Shown here piece by piece: positions 18,914-28,226 of a DNA stretch of 64,000 nt. The stretch is taken from NCBI GenBank assembly GCA_958436175.1, contig CAUBJF010000011.1:15507-79506 (forward strand), in the 5' to 3' direction. The notes under the pieces are model-generated. The model saw nothing but the letters and a program-made list of their open reading frames with translations, made no database searches and was not told the DNA's origin. The number at the start of each line of letters is the position of its first letter. Within the stretch, counting starts at the first letter, position 1. Origin of the DNA: an uncultured Muribaculaceae bacterium (GTDB taxonomy: Bacteria > Bacteroidota > Bacteroidia > Bacteroidales > Muribaculaceae). Position numbers and translations under genes: made by a program.

Positions 18914-20251
18914 TTAGTAGACACCGAGACCCATCATGGCATTGGCAACCTTCATGAAGCCGGCGATGTTTGCGCCCTTCATGTAGTTGATATAACCGTC
19001 GGGTTCGACACCGTAGCGTAGGCACTGGGTGTGGATGTCGGTCATGATGGTATGCAGCTTGGAGTCGACTTCTTCGGCGCTCCACTGGAGGTGCATTGCG
19101 TTCTGGCTCATTTCAAGGCCGGAAGTAGCTACGCCGCCTGCGTTGACAGCCTTGCCGGGAGCGTAGATAGTACGGCTTTCGATGAAAGCGTCGATAGCTT
19201 CGGGTGTGCAGCCCATGTTCGATACTTCGGCAACCATTTCAACGCCGTTGGCGATGAGAGCCTTGGCATCGTTGCCGTTGAGTTCGTTCTGGGTAGCGCA
19301 GGGAAGGGCGATATCGACTTTCTGTTCCCAGGGTTTGCGTCCGGCATAGAATACGGAGCCGGGGAAGCGTTCTGCGTAAGGAGCTACAACGTCGTTGCCT
19401 GAAGCGCGGAGTTCGAGCATATAGGCAATCTTCTCGTCGTTGAGACCTTCGGCATCATAGATATAACCGTCGGGACCGGATATGGTGACAACCTTGGCAC
19501 CGAGTTCGGTAGCCTTTGTGGCTGCACCCCATGCAACGTTGCCGAAACCGGAGATAGCGATTGTCTTGCCTTCGATGCTGTCGTTGCGCTGCTTGAGCAT
19601 GTTCTGTACGAAGTAGAGAGCGCCGAAACCTGTAGCTTCGGGACGGATGCGGCTGCCTCCGAATTCCATAGCCTTGCCTGTGAAGGCACCGTCGCACTGG
19701 TTTACAAGCTTCTTGTACATGCCGTACATATAGCCTACTTCGCGGCCACCTACACCGATATCACCGGCGGGAACGTCGCGGTCGGGACCGACATGTTTCC
19801 AGAGTTCGAGCATGAAAGCCTGGCAGAAACGCATGATTTCACGGTCGCTCTTGCCGCGAGGCGAGAAGTCGCTACCGCCCTTTGCACCGCCCATAGGCAG
19901 AGTGGTGAGGGCATTTTTGAATGTCTGCTCGAAGCCGAGAAACTTCAGGATCGAGAGGTTGACAGATGCGTGGAAGCGTATACCGCCCTTGTACGGGCCG
20001 ATGGCGTTATTGAACTGTACGCGATAGCCGAGGTTGTTCTGTACTTCGCCCTTATCGTCGATCCAGGTCACGCGGAAGGTGACGATACGGTCGGGCTCGA
20101 CCATACGTTCAATGATTTTGTTACGTTCGAATTCAGGGTGCTGATTGTAGATGTCATTAACAGACAGGAGTACCTCTCTGACAGCCTGGAGGTATTCTTT
20201 TTCGCCGGGGTGTTTAGCCTCGAGGGAAGCCAAGATACTATTAATATCCAT
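18914..20251 (-). CDS. gdhB: Glutamate dehydrogenase, resembling Bacteroides NAD-specific GdhB (often annotated gdhA)
   Basis: GPYKGGIRF, GGAKGGSDF, VPAGDIGVG, RPEATGFG, SGFGNVAWG, SGPDGY and PCATQNE motifs; 445 aa. Confidence 0.93.
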   Translation of the reverse strand: MDINSILASLEAKHPGEKEYLQAVREVLLSVNDIYNQHPEFERNKIIERMVEPDRIVTFRVTWIDDKGEVQNNLGYRVQFNNAIGPYKGGIRFHASVNLSILKFLGFEQTFKNALTTLPMGGAKGGSDFSPRGKSDREIMRFCQAFMLELWKHVGPDRDVPAGDIGVGGREVGYMYGMYKKLVNQCDGAFTGKAMEFGGSRIRPEATGFGALYFVQNMLKQRNDSIEGKTIAISGFGNVAWGAATKATELGAKVVTISGPDGYIYDAEGLNDEKIAYMLELRASGNDVVAPYAERFPGSVFYAGRKPWEQKVDIALPCATQNELNGNDAKALIANGVEMVAEVSNMGCTPEAIDAFIESRTIYAPGKAVNAGGVATSGLEMSQNAMHLQWSAEEVDSKLHTIMTDIHTQCLRYGVEPDGYINYMKGANIAGFMKVANAMMGLGVY

Positions 20252-20565
20252 AACTTTTGTTTTTTGAAAGTGTTTTTCCGGAGTCGGAATGTGTTTTTTG
20301 GTTAACTACAGGCAAAGATAGCAACAAAAATGATATACACACAACAAATCCGAGAAAAAAATTCGGTCTTCAACTTTTTTAGCTAAATCCCATTCTCAAC
20401 TGGCAAGACTGAGGTTATTGCTTACAGGTAATTTTTTTAGAAGACTGGCTGAAAACCATAATTTTTAGTAATTTTGCAATGCCTTGTAAGGGTGAGTCAT
20501 GATTACAAATACCTTGCATTAGTGGCTCTGCAATAATTATATTTCACAATAAAAATCAAACTCAA

Positions 20566-20961
20566 ATGAAATTACTTCGTTATGTATTGTTTTTCTTATC
20601 GTTTTTGTTAGTTTCTTGTGGGGATAAGGATGAACCATCCGCAGACCTGTTTTCTATTGCCGTAGAATTAGATGAACAAGGCGGTGAAGTCCAGATCATC
20701 AAGCACGAATGTGAGGTCACTATTAACGGAGAACAGCAATATGTTCATATCACTCTTCTGGGCGATTTCGATAACTTAAACCTTCTACCTCCATACAGTT
20801 CTCACGAGTGGTCTTTGGTTACCATCGGAGAAAGAACAATGAGTATCCTTGTCCTTGCGAATAAGTCCGGTGCTGTAAGAAGCGATAAAGTTGATTTCGC
20901 CGTTTCAAAAGGATCCGTCAGGAATGAGGGTACTGTTTCGATTGTGCAGCTTCCTGATTAA
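20566..20961 (+). CDS. Small lipoprotein with BACON-like domain (possibly truncated)
   Basis: Lipobox LVSC and W...V.AN.S...RS.....V.Q pattern. Ends at the domain edge, sharing TTAA with the convergent MFS stop. Confidence 0.6.
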   Translation: MKLLRYVLFFLSFLLVSCGDKDEPSADLFSIAVELDEQGGEVQIIKHECEVTINGEQQYVHITLLGDFDNLNLLPPYSSHEWSLVTIGERTMSILVLANKSGAVRSDKVDFAVSKGSVRNEGTVSIVQLPD

Positions 20962-22154
20962 TGCTGTAATGATGTCTGTTTATTTCTGGGTGGATTATTG
21001 AACAGGAGAATTAAGCCTCCCATGAGCAAGAAACAGACGCACCATAAGAATGAAGTCAGACAAATATTCCCATAACTTACCAAAGGAGAAACCAATCCAC
21101 CCGCGATATATCCGATTCCTCCTATTACAGCAGATGCAGTACCTGCATATTCACGACCCAAATTCATAGCCTGAGATGTTGAGCCTGTTAAAACAAGTCC
21201 TATACCCAAAAGCATAATGAAAGTAGGTATTTCATAAACAATAAAAATGGACATATCAAAGAATGCAGTCATCGCTCCAATCGCTGCCAATAGGCTCCCA
21301 ATAACTGAACCATAGAATACTGCTTTATTCATCTCACTGAACCTGAGAGACAAGGCAGAACCTGTTGCAAGTGCAACAGCATTGACAGCAAAGACAAGTG
21401 AGAACTGCAGCTCTGAGAAACCGAATAAGTCCTGCACTATAAATGGGGTTGCAGAAATATAGGCGAACAAGGCAGCCATAGCGAGCGCATAAATTATACT
21501 GTACGGAGTAAAGCTTTTAATTTCAGTTACTTTCTTATATCCCTTGATAGATGCCTTAAGTTTGCCTGAAAATCGTTTTGTAAGTGGCAAACTTTCCTGC
21601 AATGGAATGCACAAACCGAGTAAGACAATGCCAAGAATCAACAATATAATAAATATTCCTTGCCATCCCCATACATGTGCCACCCCACCTCCTGCAACTG
21701 GAGCAGCGACAGGAGCAAGATTGTTGATTGCACTGAGAATAGCAATTAGTTTGGCAAGTTCCCGGCCCGAATATATATCAGCGGCAATGGAGCGGGACAA
21801 AACTATGCCACCAGCCCCGCCTATTCCCTGTAATAGACGTGCCGCAGTAAAGGCTAAAACTGAAGTAGATAAACAACAAACTACCGATGCGACAACAAAA
21901 ATTATCAGTGAGAATACGAGAATAGTTTTTCTCCCATATTTGTCGCTTGCCGGACCGAACAATAATTGTCCGACAGCAAGTCCAATCATACAAAAAGTTA
22001 AGCCTAACTGAACTGTTGATGAATCACAATGGAATACCTCGGTCATTTCCGGCAAAGTCGGAAGATACATATCAATTATAAAAGGACCGAAAGCAGAGAG
22101 GAGACCGAGAAAAACAATCAGGTAAATATAATATATCTTCGATGTCGTTCCCAT
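20958..22154 (-). CDS. Bcr/CflA family MFS multidrug efflux transporter
   Basis: IDMYLPTLP, GQLLFGPASDKYGRK, ARLLQGIG and AGTASA motifs; about 12 TMs. Confidence 0.92.
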   Translation of the reverse strand: MGTTSKIYYIYLIVFLGLLSAFGPFIIDMYLPTLPEMTEVFHCDSSTVQLGLTFCMIGLAVGQLLFGPASDKYGRKTILVFSLIIFVVASVVCCLSTSVLAFTAARLLQGIGGAGGIVLSRSIAADIYSGRELAKLIAILSAINNLAPVAAPVAGGGVAHVWGWQGIFIILLILGIVLLGLCIPLQESLPLTKRFSGKLKASIKGYKKVTEIKSFTPYSIIYALAMAALFAYISATPFIVQDLFGFSELQFSLVFAVNAVALATGSALSLRFSEMNKAVFYGSVIGSLLAAIGAMTAFFDMSIFIVYEIPTFIMLLGIGLVLTGSTSQAMNLGREYAGTASAVIGGIGYIAGGLVSPLVSYGNICLTSFLWCVCFLLMGGLILLFNNPPRNKQTSLQH

Positions 22155-22159
22155 GCATT

Positions 22160-22729
22160 TTACTTTATTTGTGAACGTATTCTACTTAAAGACTGAGGAG
22201 CCAGATGAATGTATGATGCTAATTTTTTAAGAGGAACGTTCTGTAATAGCTCGGGATGTCTCTTTAGTATTGACAGATAACGTTCCATCCCCCTATCACA
22301 TTCAAAGAGGCTCGTAAAACTCTCCTCTGATTCCATCGCATGACCTATAAAAATCTTCCGGACAAGATTGCAAATGGGCAATGATTCGGAGCAGAGTGTT
22401 TCAAGTGCATTTTTAGAGATACAATATAGCACGCTCGGATTTAAAGCCTCGATTGATATTGGTGATAATCTGCCGTTGTTGTAACACCATACATCAAATA
22501 TAGCCTGTCCGGGGTAACCAAACCATAATGTTTGTTCACTTTCTTCAAATGGCACATAAGCTCTAAGAATACCTTTTTTGATAATATAAAAGTTATCATT
22601 GAAACCACCCTTTTCAACGATATGCAAATTTTTATCGATCTCAACACACCTGAGATGCTCTACAAAAGCTCTTGTGGCGGCAAGGTCAAGTTTATATTTT
22701 TCGGCTATGTTATTCTCAAAATTTATCAT
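22160..22729 (-). CDS. Crp/Fnr family regulator (cNMP-binding domain plus short HTH)
   Basis: FYIIKKGILRAY and ERYL...HPELLQNVPLKKLASYIHLAPQSLSRIR. Confidence 0.88.
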   Translation of the reverse strand: MINFENNIAEKYKLDLAATRAFVEHLRCVEIDKNLHIVEKGGFNDNFYIIKKGILRAYVPFEESEQTLWFGYPGQAIFDVWCYNNGRLSPISIEALNPSVLYCISKNALETLCSESLPICNLVRKIFIGHAMESEESFTSLFECDRGMERYLSILKRHPELLQNVPLKKLASYIHLAPQSLSRIRSQIK

Positions 22730-23063
22730 CGTGCAAAATTACAACAAAGTAAGGAGCCATTAAATTCACATTTGTGAAGAAATGACGCTATATGGAACTT
22801 TGCGACAATGATTTGATAACTGCTTGAATGTTCGGCGGTACTGATGCCTGTTTATTTCCGCACTCCCATAATCCTCAAATAATCTATAGTTAGCCCTTGC
22901 ATAATTTATATAAAAGCCGTCATCGATAACAATATCGTGACGGCTCGGCAAATCTCTGTTATGCAAGAACAATTCTTTTTCTTTTCGAGAACTATACCTC
23001 GGACAGTGTAGAAATGTTTTATAAGTTTAACAGAAAGGATTTATGTAATCTACTACATATGTT

Positions 23064-24215
23064 TCATTTGCGGAGATATTCGTTGAAGAATTTTTCAATG
23101 TCTGCAAATGGGATGATGTCCTTTTGGTCATAGAGATCGGTATGGCTTGCGCCGGGAATGACCATGAAGAGTTTGTTGTTCTCCTTGCCGGGCGTTACGG
23201 TCAGTTTTTTGTACGCGTCGCTGCCGAAATAGAAGGAGTGTGCCTTCTCTCCGTGGAGAATCATGACGGCGTTCTCGATTTCACCGGCACGGCTCATCAG
23301 GGGGAAATTAATCCACGGAATCGGGGATGTCGTGTTTCGTCCGCCATTGGAGTTGAGCGAGCGGGGGTGATAGCCGCGTTTGGTCTTGTAGTAGTCGTGA
23401 TAGTCGCGGAGGAACCTGGGTGCGTCATCGGGCAATACATCGGGAACACCGCCACCGAGTTTGGGATTACCCTTGATATAGTCCTCAGTGCGCTGTGCGG
23501 CTAATTTCTCGCGGAGGGCATTGCGGGCTTCCGCACTATCATCGGCATCGAAATAGCCGTTGGCGTTGACGCGGCTCATGTCGTACATGGTGGATGCGAG
23601 AGTTGCTTTGATACGCGGATCAGAGGCTGCCGCGTTTATGGCTATGCCACCCCATCCGCAGATGCCTATAATGCCGACTCTTTGAGGGTCAACATCAGGA
23701 TTGGTAACAAGATAATCAACAGCTGCACTGAAATCCTCGGTATTGATGTCGGGAGAGGTCATATAACGGGGTGTGCCGCCGCTTTCGCCAGTGAAAGAGG
23801 GATCGAAGGCGATGGTAAGGAAACCGCGCTCTGCCATTTCCTGTGCATAAAAACCTGCCGCTTGCTCCTTGACTGCCCCGAAAGGCCCGCAGACGGCGAT
23901 GGCTGGAAGCTTGCCTGTCGCTCCTTTGGGCTTATACATGTCGGCCGCAAGCGTGATGCCGTAGCGGTTGACGAATGTTACCTTGCTGTGGTCAACTTTG
24001 TTACTTTGGGGAAATGTCTTGTCCCATTCTTTTGTCAGAGTAAGATTTTCCATATTATTTCTGTTTTCTTTTGGATTGGAGGCGGATAGGTCTGTTATTA
24101 TGCTGGCTGAGTGGGTTCCTGTTCTCCTTTTTAGGATGTTATCGTCATTTGAATGGTTACAGGCACTTGCTGTCATCGTCATGATTATTGAAATTATGAG
24201 ATTTATGATTTTCAT
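23064..24215 (-). CDS. Alpha/beta hydrolase (YcjY-like, Cys nucleophile) with N-terminal lipoprotein extension
   Basis: GPFGAVKEQ, AFDPSFTGESGG, GICGWGG and HTDLYD motifs. Start MKIIN...TASAC at 24215. Confidence 0.88.
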   Translation of the reverse strand: MKIINLIISIIMTMTASACNHSNDDNILKRRTGTHSASIITDLSASNPKENRNNMENLTLTKEWDKTFPQSNKVDHSKVTFVNRYGITLAADMYKPKGATGKLPAIAVCGPFGAVKEQAAGFYAQEMAERGFLTIAFDPSFTGESGGTPRYMTSPDINTEDFSAAVDYLVTNPDVDPQRVGIIGICGWGGIAINAAASDPRIKATLASTMYDMSRVNANGYFDADDSAEARNALREKLAAQRTEDYIKGNPKLGGGVPDVLPDDAPRFLRDYHDYYKTKRGYHPRSLNSNGGRNTTSPIPWINFPLMSRAGEIENAVMILHGEKAHSFYFGSDAYKKLTVTPGKENNKLFMVIPGASHTDLYDQKDIIPFADIEKFFNEYLRK

Positions 24216-24320
24216 ATAAGATATATTTTCATGCATCCACGTTGCAAAATTACACAAAGAGCCCCACAGCAAAGTTGCTGAGAGGCTCAATCATAGTTTC
24301 TGAAAAGATCAGATATATTT

Positions 24321-25166
24321 TTATCCCATAACAGCCGTAGGCGCGATGCCGAACTCTTTTTTGAACGCAGTCGAGAAATGGGACGGATTGCGGAATCCGA
24401 CCTCAGCATATACTTCGACAACTTTCTTTTTACCGGTTTTCATAAGCTGATACGCTCTTTCGAGTCGTTTCTTGATAAGCCATTTTTCAGGAGTCAGATC
24501 GCTTATCTTTTTGAAGTCGCGCTTGAACGTGGCGAGACTGCGCCCTGTATAATGGGCTATTTCCTCTATGCTCAGGTCGCACATGAAGTTGTCCTCCATA
24601 AAGCCGAGAATATCGATCTTCCACGGTTCATTGAAATCAAACATGGTCGGGACGAATCTGTCGTCAATAGCTAAAAGAGCCATCAGCCCCTCCTGCAGTT
24701 TCAGCTCCATGAAATCGTCTTTGGGTTTCACATCCGGGTCGAAGTATGGAGTCATCGAGGCGAAAAGACTGGCAAGTTCCACAGTTCTCGGCAGCTTGAT
24801 TACTCCATCAGGAAGTTTGGCTGTTTTTGTCTTAATCTTGTTGAGCGATAGTTTGCCATACATCTCCCTGAGGAAATTACGTGTGAACATTAGGAAGATT
24901 CCACAATATCTTTCTCCGCGATAAGTCTTCTTATACATCGTGATGTGATGATCGCGGGGGATGAACACACATTCACCCTTGCGCACATGGATTTTCTCTG
25001 TGCCGTTGTCGAGAATCATCTCCCCCGAATATACATAATTTAGTGCATACTCTCGCGAGCGATGGATGCAGCCGCTCAAGTCATCATAGAAAAAGCTGTA
25101 AAAAACGTTGTTGTAGTTAAATATCAGCTTCATCGGACCGAGGTTCTCTTCTGTGTCTATTGCCAT
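24321..25166 (-). CDS. AraC-family regulator (ExsA-like N-terminal domain)
   Basis: GRSLATFKRDF...PEKWL and EVGFRNPSHFSTAFKKEFG. Confidence 0.92.
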   Translation of the reverse strand: MAIDTEENLGPMKLIFNYNNVFYSFFYDDLSGCIHRSREYALNYVYSGEMILDNGTEKIHVRKGECVFIPRDHHITMYKKTYRGERYCGIFLMFTRNFLREMYGKLSLNKIKTKTAKLPDGVIKLPRTVELASLFASMTPYFDPDVKPKDDFMELKLQEGLMALLAIDDRFVPTMFDFNEPWKIDILGFMEDNFMCDLSIEEIAHYTGRSLATFKRDFKKISDLTPEKWLIKKRLERAYQLMKTGKKKVVEVYAEVGFRNPSHFSTAFKKEFGIAPTAVMG

Positions 25167-25408
25167 AATCGTTCATTTTAGACTACAAAAGTAGTATTAA
25201 TATAGCAAATCAGAGTTCTCTTGAGGCTCAAAGATGTTTTCTCTTCGGCTCATGTCTCTATCAATTCAATCCCATACCGTGAGAAAGACAGGCATAGGAT
25301 ATGTTCTCCACTCCCAGGCCTGCCTTCCTTTTGTTTGTAAGCTATTATATTATGGCTTCTTTTGACAGAATAGTAAACGACGTTTCTCCATTACATATCG
25401 TTATTTTT

Positions 25409-25990
25409 TTATTTTCCTATCCATACCTTGATTTCTTCGGGCTTCGCGGGGAGACGGAGACCGGTCTTCCAGTCAAGATCGGGATAGCCTTTCTTCAAGG
25501 TTGCATCCGCTTCCGACATCGGACTTTCATAGGAGGTACAGAACGGATACAAGACTTTAGCTTTGAGCTGGTCTCGATAGTTGTCAAGGAATGCGCGAAT
25601 CACTGAAGGCTCTTCGTGCCACCATATAGGGAAGCCGATAAATATGGTATCTACATCGGCGAAATTTACATCCACTGGCTTTATGGCGGGGCGAAGTGAC
25701 TGGTTGAGATGTTCCTGAGTGCAGCGAGACTGTTCGTTGACCCAGTCCACGTCTTCCGACGAATAAGGTTGTTGCGGCATCAGGCGAATCATTTTAGCTC
25801 CGGTGACAGACGCAATCTCTTTGGCCGCAAGTTCGGTGTTCCCCGAATGGGTGAAATAGATTATTACAGATTTCATATCGTTCTCTTTTTGAGGCTGTCC
25901 TGCGGCACTGTCAGTCGTAGTTTTTGAAGCACACGCATTGAGAGACAGCGCGCATGCCAGGGCAGTCAGGATTGTTTTGATGATATTCAT
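25409..25990 (-). CDS. Flavodoxin (Flavodoxin_4 type) with signal peptide/lipobox
   Basis: YFTHSGNT, GFPIWW and PFCTS motifs. N-terminal ALSLNAC. Confidence 0.88.
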   Translation of the reverse strand: MNIIKTILTALACALSLNACASKTTTDSAAGQPQKENDMKSVIIYFTHSGNTELAAKEIASVTGAKMIRLMPQQPYSSEDVDWVNEQSRCTQEHLNQSLRPAIKPVDVNFADVDTIFIGFPIWWHEEPSVIRAFLDNYRDQLKAKVLYPFCTSYESPMSEADATLKKGYPDLDWKTGLRLPAKPEEIKVWIGK

Positions 25991-26497
25991 TTGTCAGTGT
26001 TTTTATTATCAATATGCTTTTCCCAGAATTTGACTGCACCGTCGACCCATCCTTCGGCACTCGTGCCGATTCCGAGGCCAAAACCATGACGAAGATTTGG
26101 GAATAGATGAAATTCGGCTTCGATTCCGGCTGCTTTCAAGGCTTCTACTCGTCGACGCATAAGGGGCGGACTCGCAATGCCGTCATTGGCCCCGATTACG
26201 ACATAGGTCGGAGGATCCTGCCGCGTGTATTCGGAATGTCCCGTATAGCCATTCGAGAGGAAGGATATATTGCCCGAAGCCCTTGAATGCAGGATTGTTG
26301 ACGACATCGGCGACGGTACTGTTGATTGTCAGGTGATTGGATTTGTCCATATCGTTGTTACTTTCATGCCCCGGCGCGGTATGATTACCGGTTTGCACAT
26401 CATCTAACAATTCTTCGACAGGTGAAGTTGGAGAGCAGGAGGCAATAACCGAAAAAATGGAAACAGCCACCGACAATAATATAAGTCCGCCCCTCAT
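25987..26497 (-). pseudogene. Lipoprotein alpha/beta hydrolase (esterase) with large internal deletion and frameshift
   Basis: The N-terminus (lipobox IASC, PAFKGFGQYILPLEW) is in one frame and the C-terminus (YTGHSEYTRQDPPTY...NDGIA...HGFGLGIGT) in another, joined at ~26245-26255. The oxyanion and GxSAG core is absent. Confidence 0.8.
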
Positions 26498-27207
26498 TCG
26501 CCTTTCTTATGCAATCGGTAACGTAGCCAGACAATGCCATTGTCACGTGTTTCGGAGGAAAGCAGTTCCAACGACTGACCCGATGCAGGAAATTCATCTT
26601 GCGCTCCAGGATATTCAAAGATCGAAGGCACAGATGCAAGCCCGTCGATGCCCGGGTAGACGACAAGGCTTAGTTCGTCGATAAGTCCTGCGGCAAGCAT
26701 TGATCCGTTGATGATACCTCCGCCTTGAAGCGATATTTTCCTGACACCAAAATCATTGTATAATACCGTCATGGCTTCCTCCAGTGCAGCCGGGTCCGCA
26801 AGAACCATGTACGATATGCCTTTTCCCTCAAGCATGTCAAGGTAATCTTCGGTGGCATCAGTATCAAGTATTGTCACGATATTGTCACCGCGCAGCTTAT
26901 CCGACGTATAGAAAATATCGGCATCGGAATCTATGGTTATGAACAGCCTCGCAGAGTCCCTGTGGCCGATGTGGATTTTACCCACTTCAGGATGCTTGTC
27001 GCTCTTGGGCATGAATCTGTAGGGAAAAGCTTCGCGTGTCGTCGCTTTTCCGAACATCCATGCATCGGTTTCGAGCGAGCGGCCTATGGCGGCATAGTCG
27101 GCAAAAAGTTTAGACGGTTCGGTTCCGACGAAGGGAACTGTCCATCGCGACGGCAACAGACGTCCGTCGACAGAACTCATTATATGGCAAATTACATATG
27201 GTCTCAT
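26494..27207 (-). CDS. RibD C-terminal domain / dihydrofolate reductase family protein
   Basis: MRPYVICHIMSSVDGR, QGGGIINGSMLAAGLIDELSL and VWLRY. Confidence 0.88.
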   Translation of the reverse strand: MRPYVICHIMSSVDGRLLPSRWTVPFVGTEPSKLFADYAAIGRSLETDAWMFGKATTREAFPYRFMPKSDKHPEVGKIHIGHRDSARLFITIDSDADIFYTSDKLRGDNIVTILDTDATEDYLDMLEGKGISYMVLADPAALEEAMTVLYNDFGVRKISLQGGGIINGSMLAAGLIDELSLVVYPGIDGLASVPSIFEYPGAQDEFPASGQSLELLSSETRDNGIVWLRYRLHKKGE

Positions 27208-27214
27208 ATCTGTT

Positions 27215-28225
27215 TTATTTAGCGTTAGAGAGTATTTTAGAGCCGCCGAACACTTCGCTCATTGGCATTGAGTCGAGTCTGTGGTCGATGGCTTCAACTT
27301 CTTCGGGTGTCAGTTTTATATCGGCAGCCCCGGCATTCTCTTTGAGACGGCACAGATGACGTGTACCCGGGATAGGTACAATCCAGGGCTTCTTGCAAAT
27401 CATCCAGGCAAGGGAATTCTGCGAAGGTGTCGCATGATGGCCGTCAGCAAGATGTAGAATGTAGTCGAACAGTTCATGATTCTCCTCGAAACTTTCTTTG
27501 CGGAACTGCGGCATAGCGGCGCGGTAGTCGGACTTGGGGTCGAACGTCGACGAAGCATCATAGTTGGTCGTCAGCAGGCCGTTGGCGAGGGGCGAGAATG
27601 CTACAAAGCCAATGCCGAGTTCTTCGAGCGTCGGGAAAAGCGACTCGTACCATCGCGCCATCATCGAATAACGGTTTTGCACGGCCGTAACGCGGCATAC
27701 TGCATTTGCACGGCGAAGATACTCCTCGTTTGCTTCCGAGATACCCCAGTGCAGGATTTTCCCTTCACGAATCAAATCGGCCATAACATCGGCCACAGCT
27801 TCGGGCTGTACGGCAGGGTCTATGCGGTGCTGGTAGTAAAGGTCGATATGGTCGGTACGAAGACGGCGCAGGGAGCCTTCGACGGCCTTGCGGATAGCTT
27901 CCGGACTGGAGTCAGGGATAAGAGGGTGAGGGCCATTGCCATAGGGATCGTCGAATGCCAGACCGAATTTCGTGGCAATGACAATGCGGTCGCGATAGGG
28001 CTTGACAGCCTCTCCGAGCAGTTCTTCATTAGCGTGAGGGTCTTCGGGCGTACCATATATTTCGGCGGTATCAAACAATGTATAGCCCATCTCGACGGCA
28101 TCGGCCAGCAATCGGGCCATCTCACGTTTATCAGCAGGGAGCCCGTAGCCGTGACTCATACCCATACAGCCGAGTCCGACGGCGGAGACACGCAGGCCGC
28201 TCAAGCCTAATGTCCTGTATTCCAT
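27215..28225 (-). CDS. Aldo/keto reductase
   Basis: GLGCMGMS, FDTAEIYG, IATKFG, IDLYYQHR and PIPGT motifs. Start MEYRTLG at 28225. Confidence 0.93.
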   Translation of the reverse strand: MEYRTLGLSGLRVSAVGLGCMGMSHGYGLPADKREMARLLADAVEMGYTLFDTAEIYGTPEDPHANEELLGEAVKPYRDRIVIATKFGLAFDDPYGNGPHPLIPDSSPEAIRKAVEGSLRRLRTDHIDLYYQHRIDPAVQPEAVADVMADLIREGKILHWGISEANEEYLRRANAVCRVTAVQNRYSMMARWYESLFPTLEELGIGFVAFSPLANGLLTTNYDASSTFDPKSDYRAAMPQFRKESFEENHELFDYILHLADGHHATPSQNSLAWMICKKPWIVPIPGTRHLCRLKENAGAADIKLTPEEVEAIDHRLDSMPMSEVFGGSKILSNAK

Positions 28226-28226
28226 A

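Noticed and set aside
25301..25606. 101-aa plus-strand ORF
   Set aside because: Mostly antisense to the flavodoxin gene, with no motifs.
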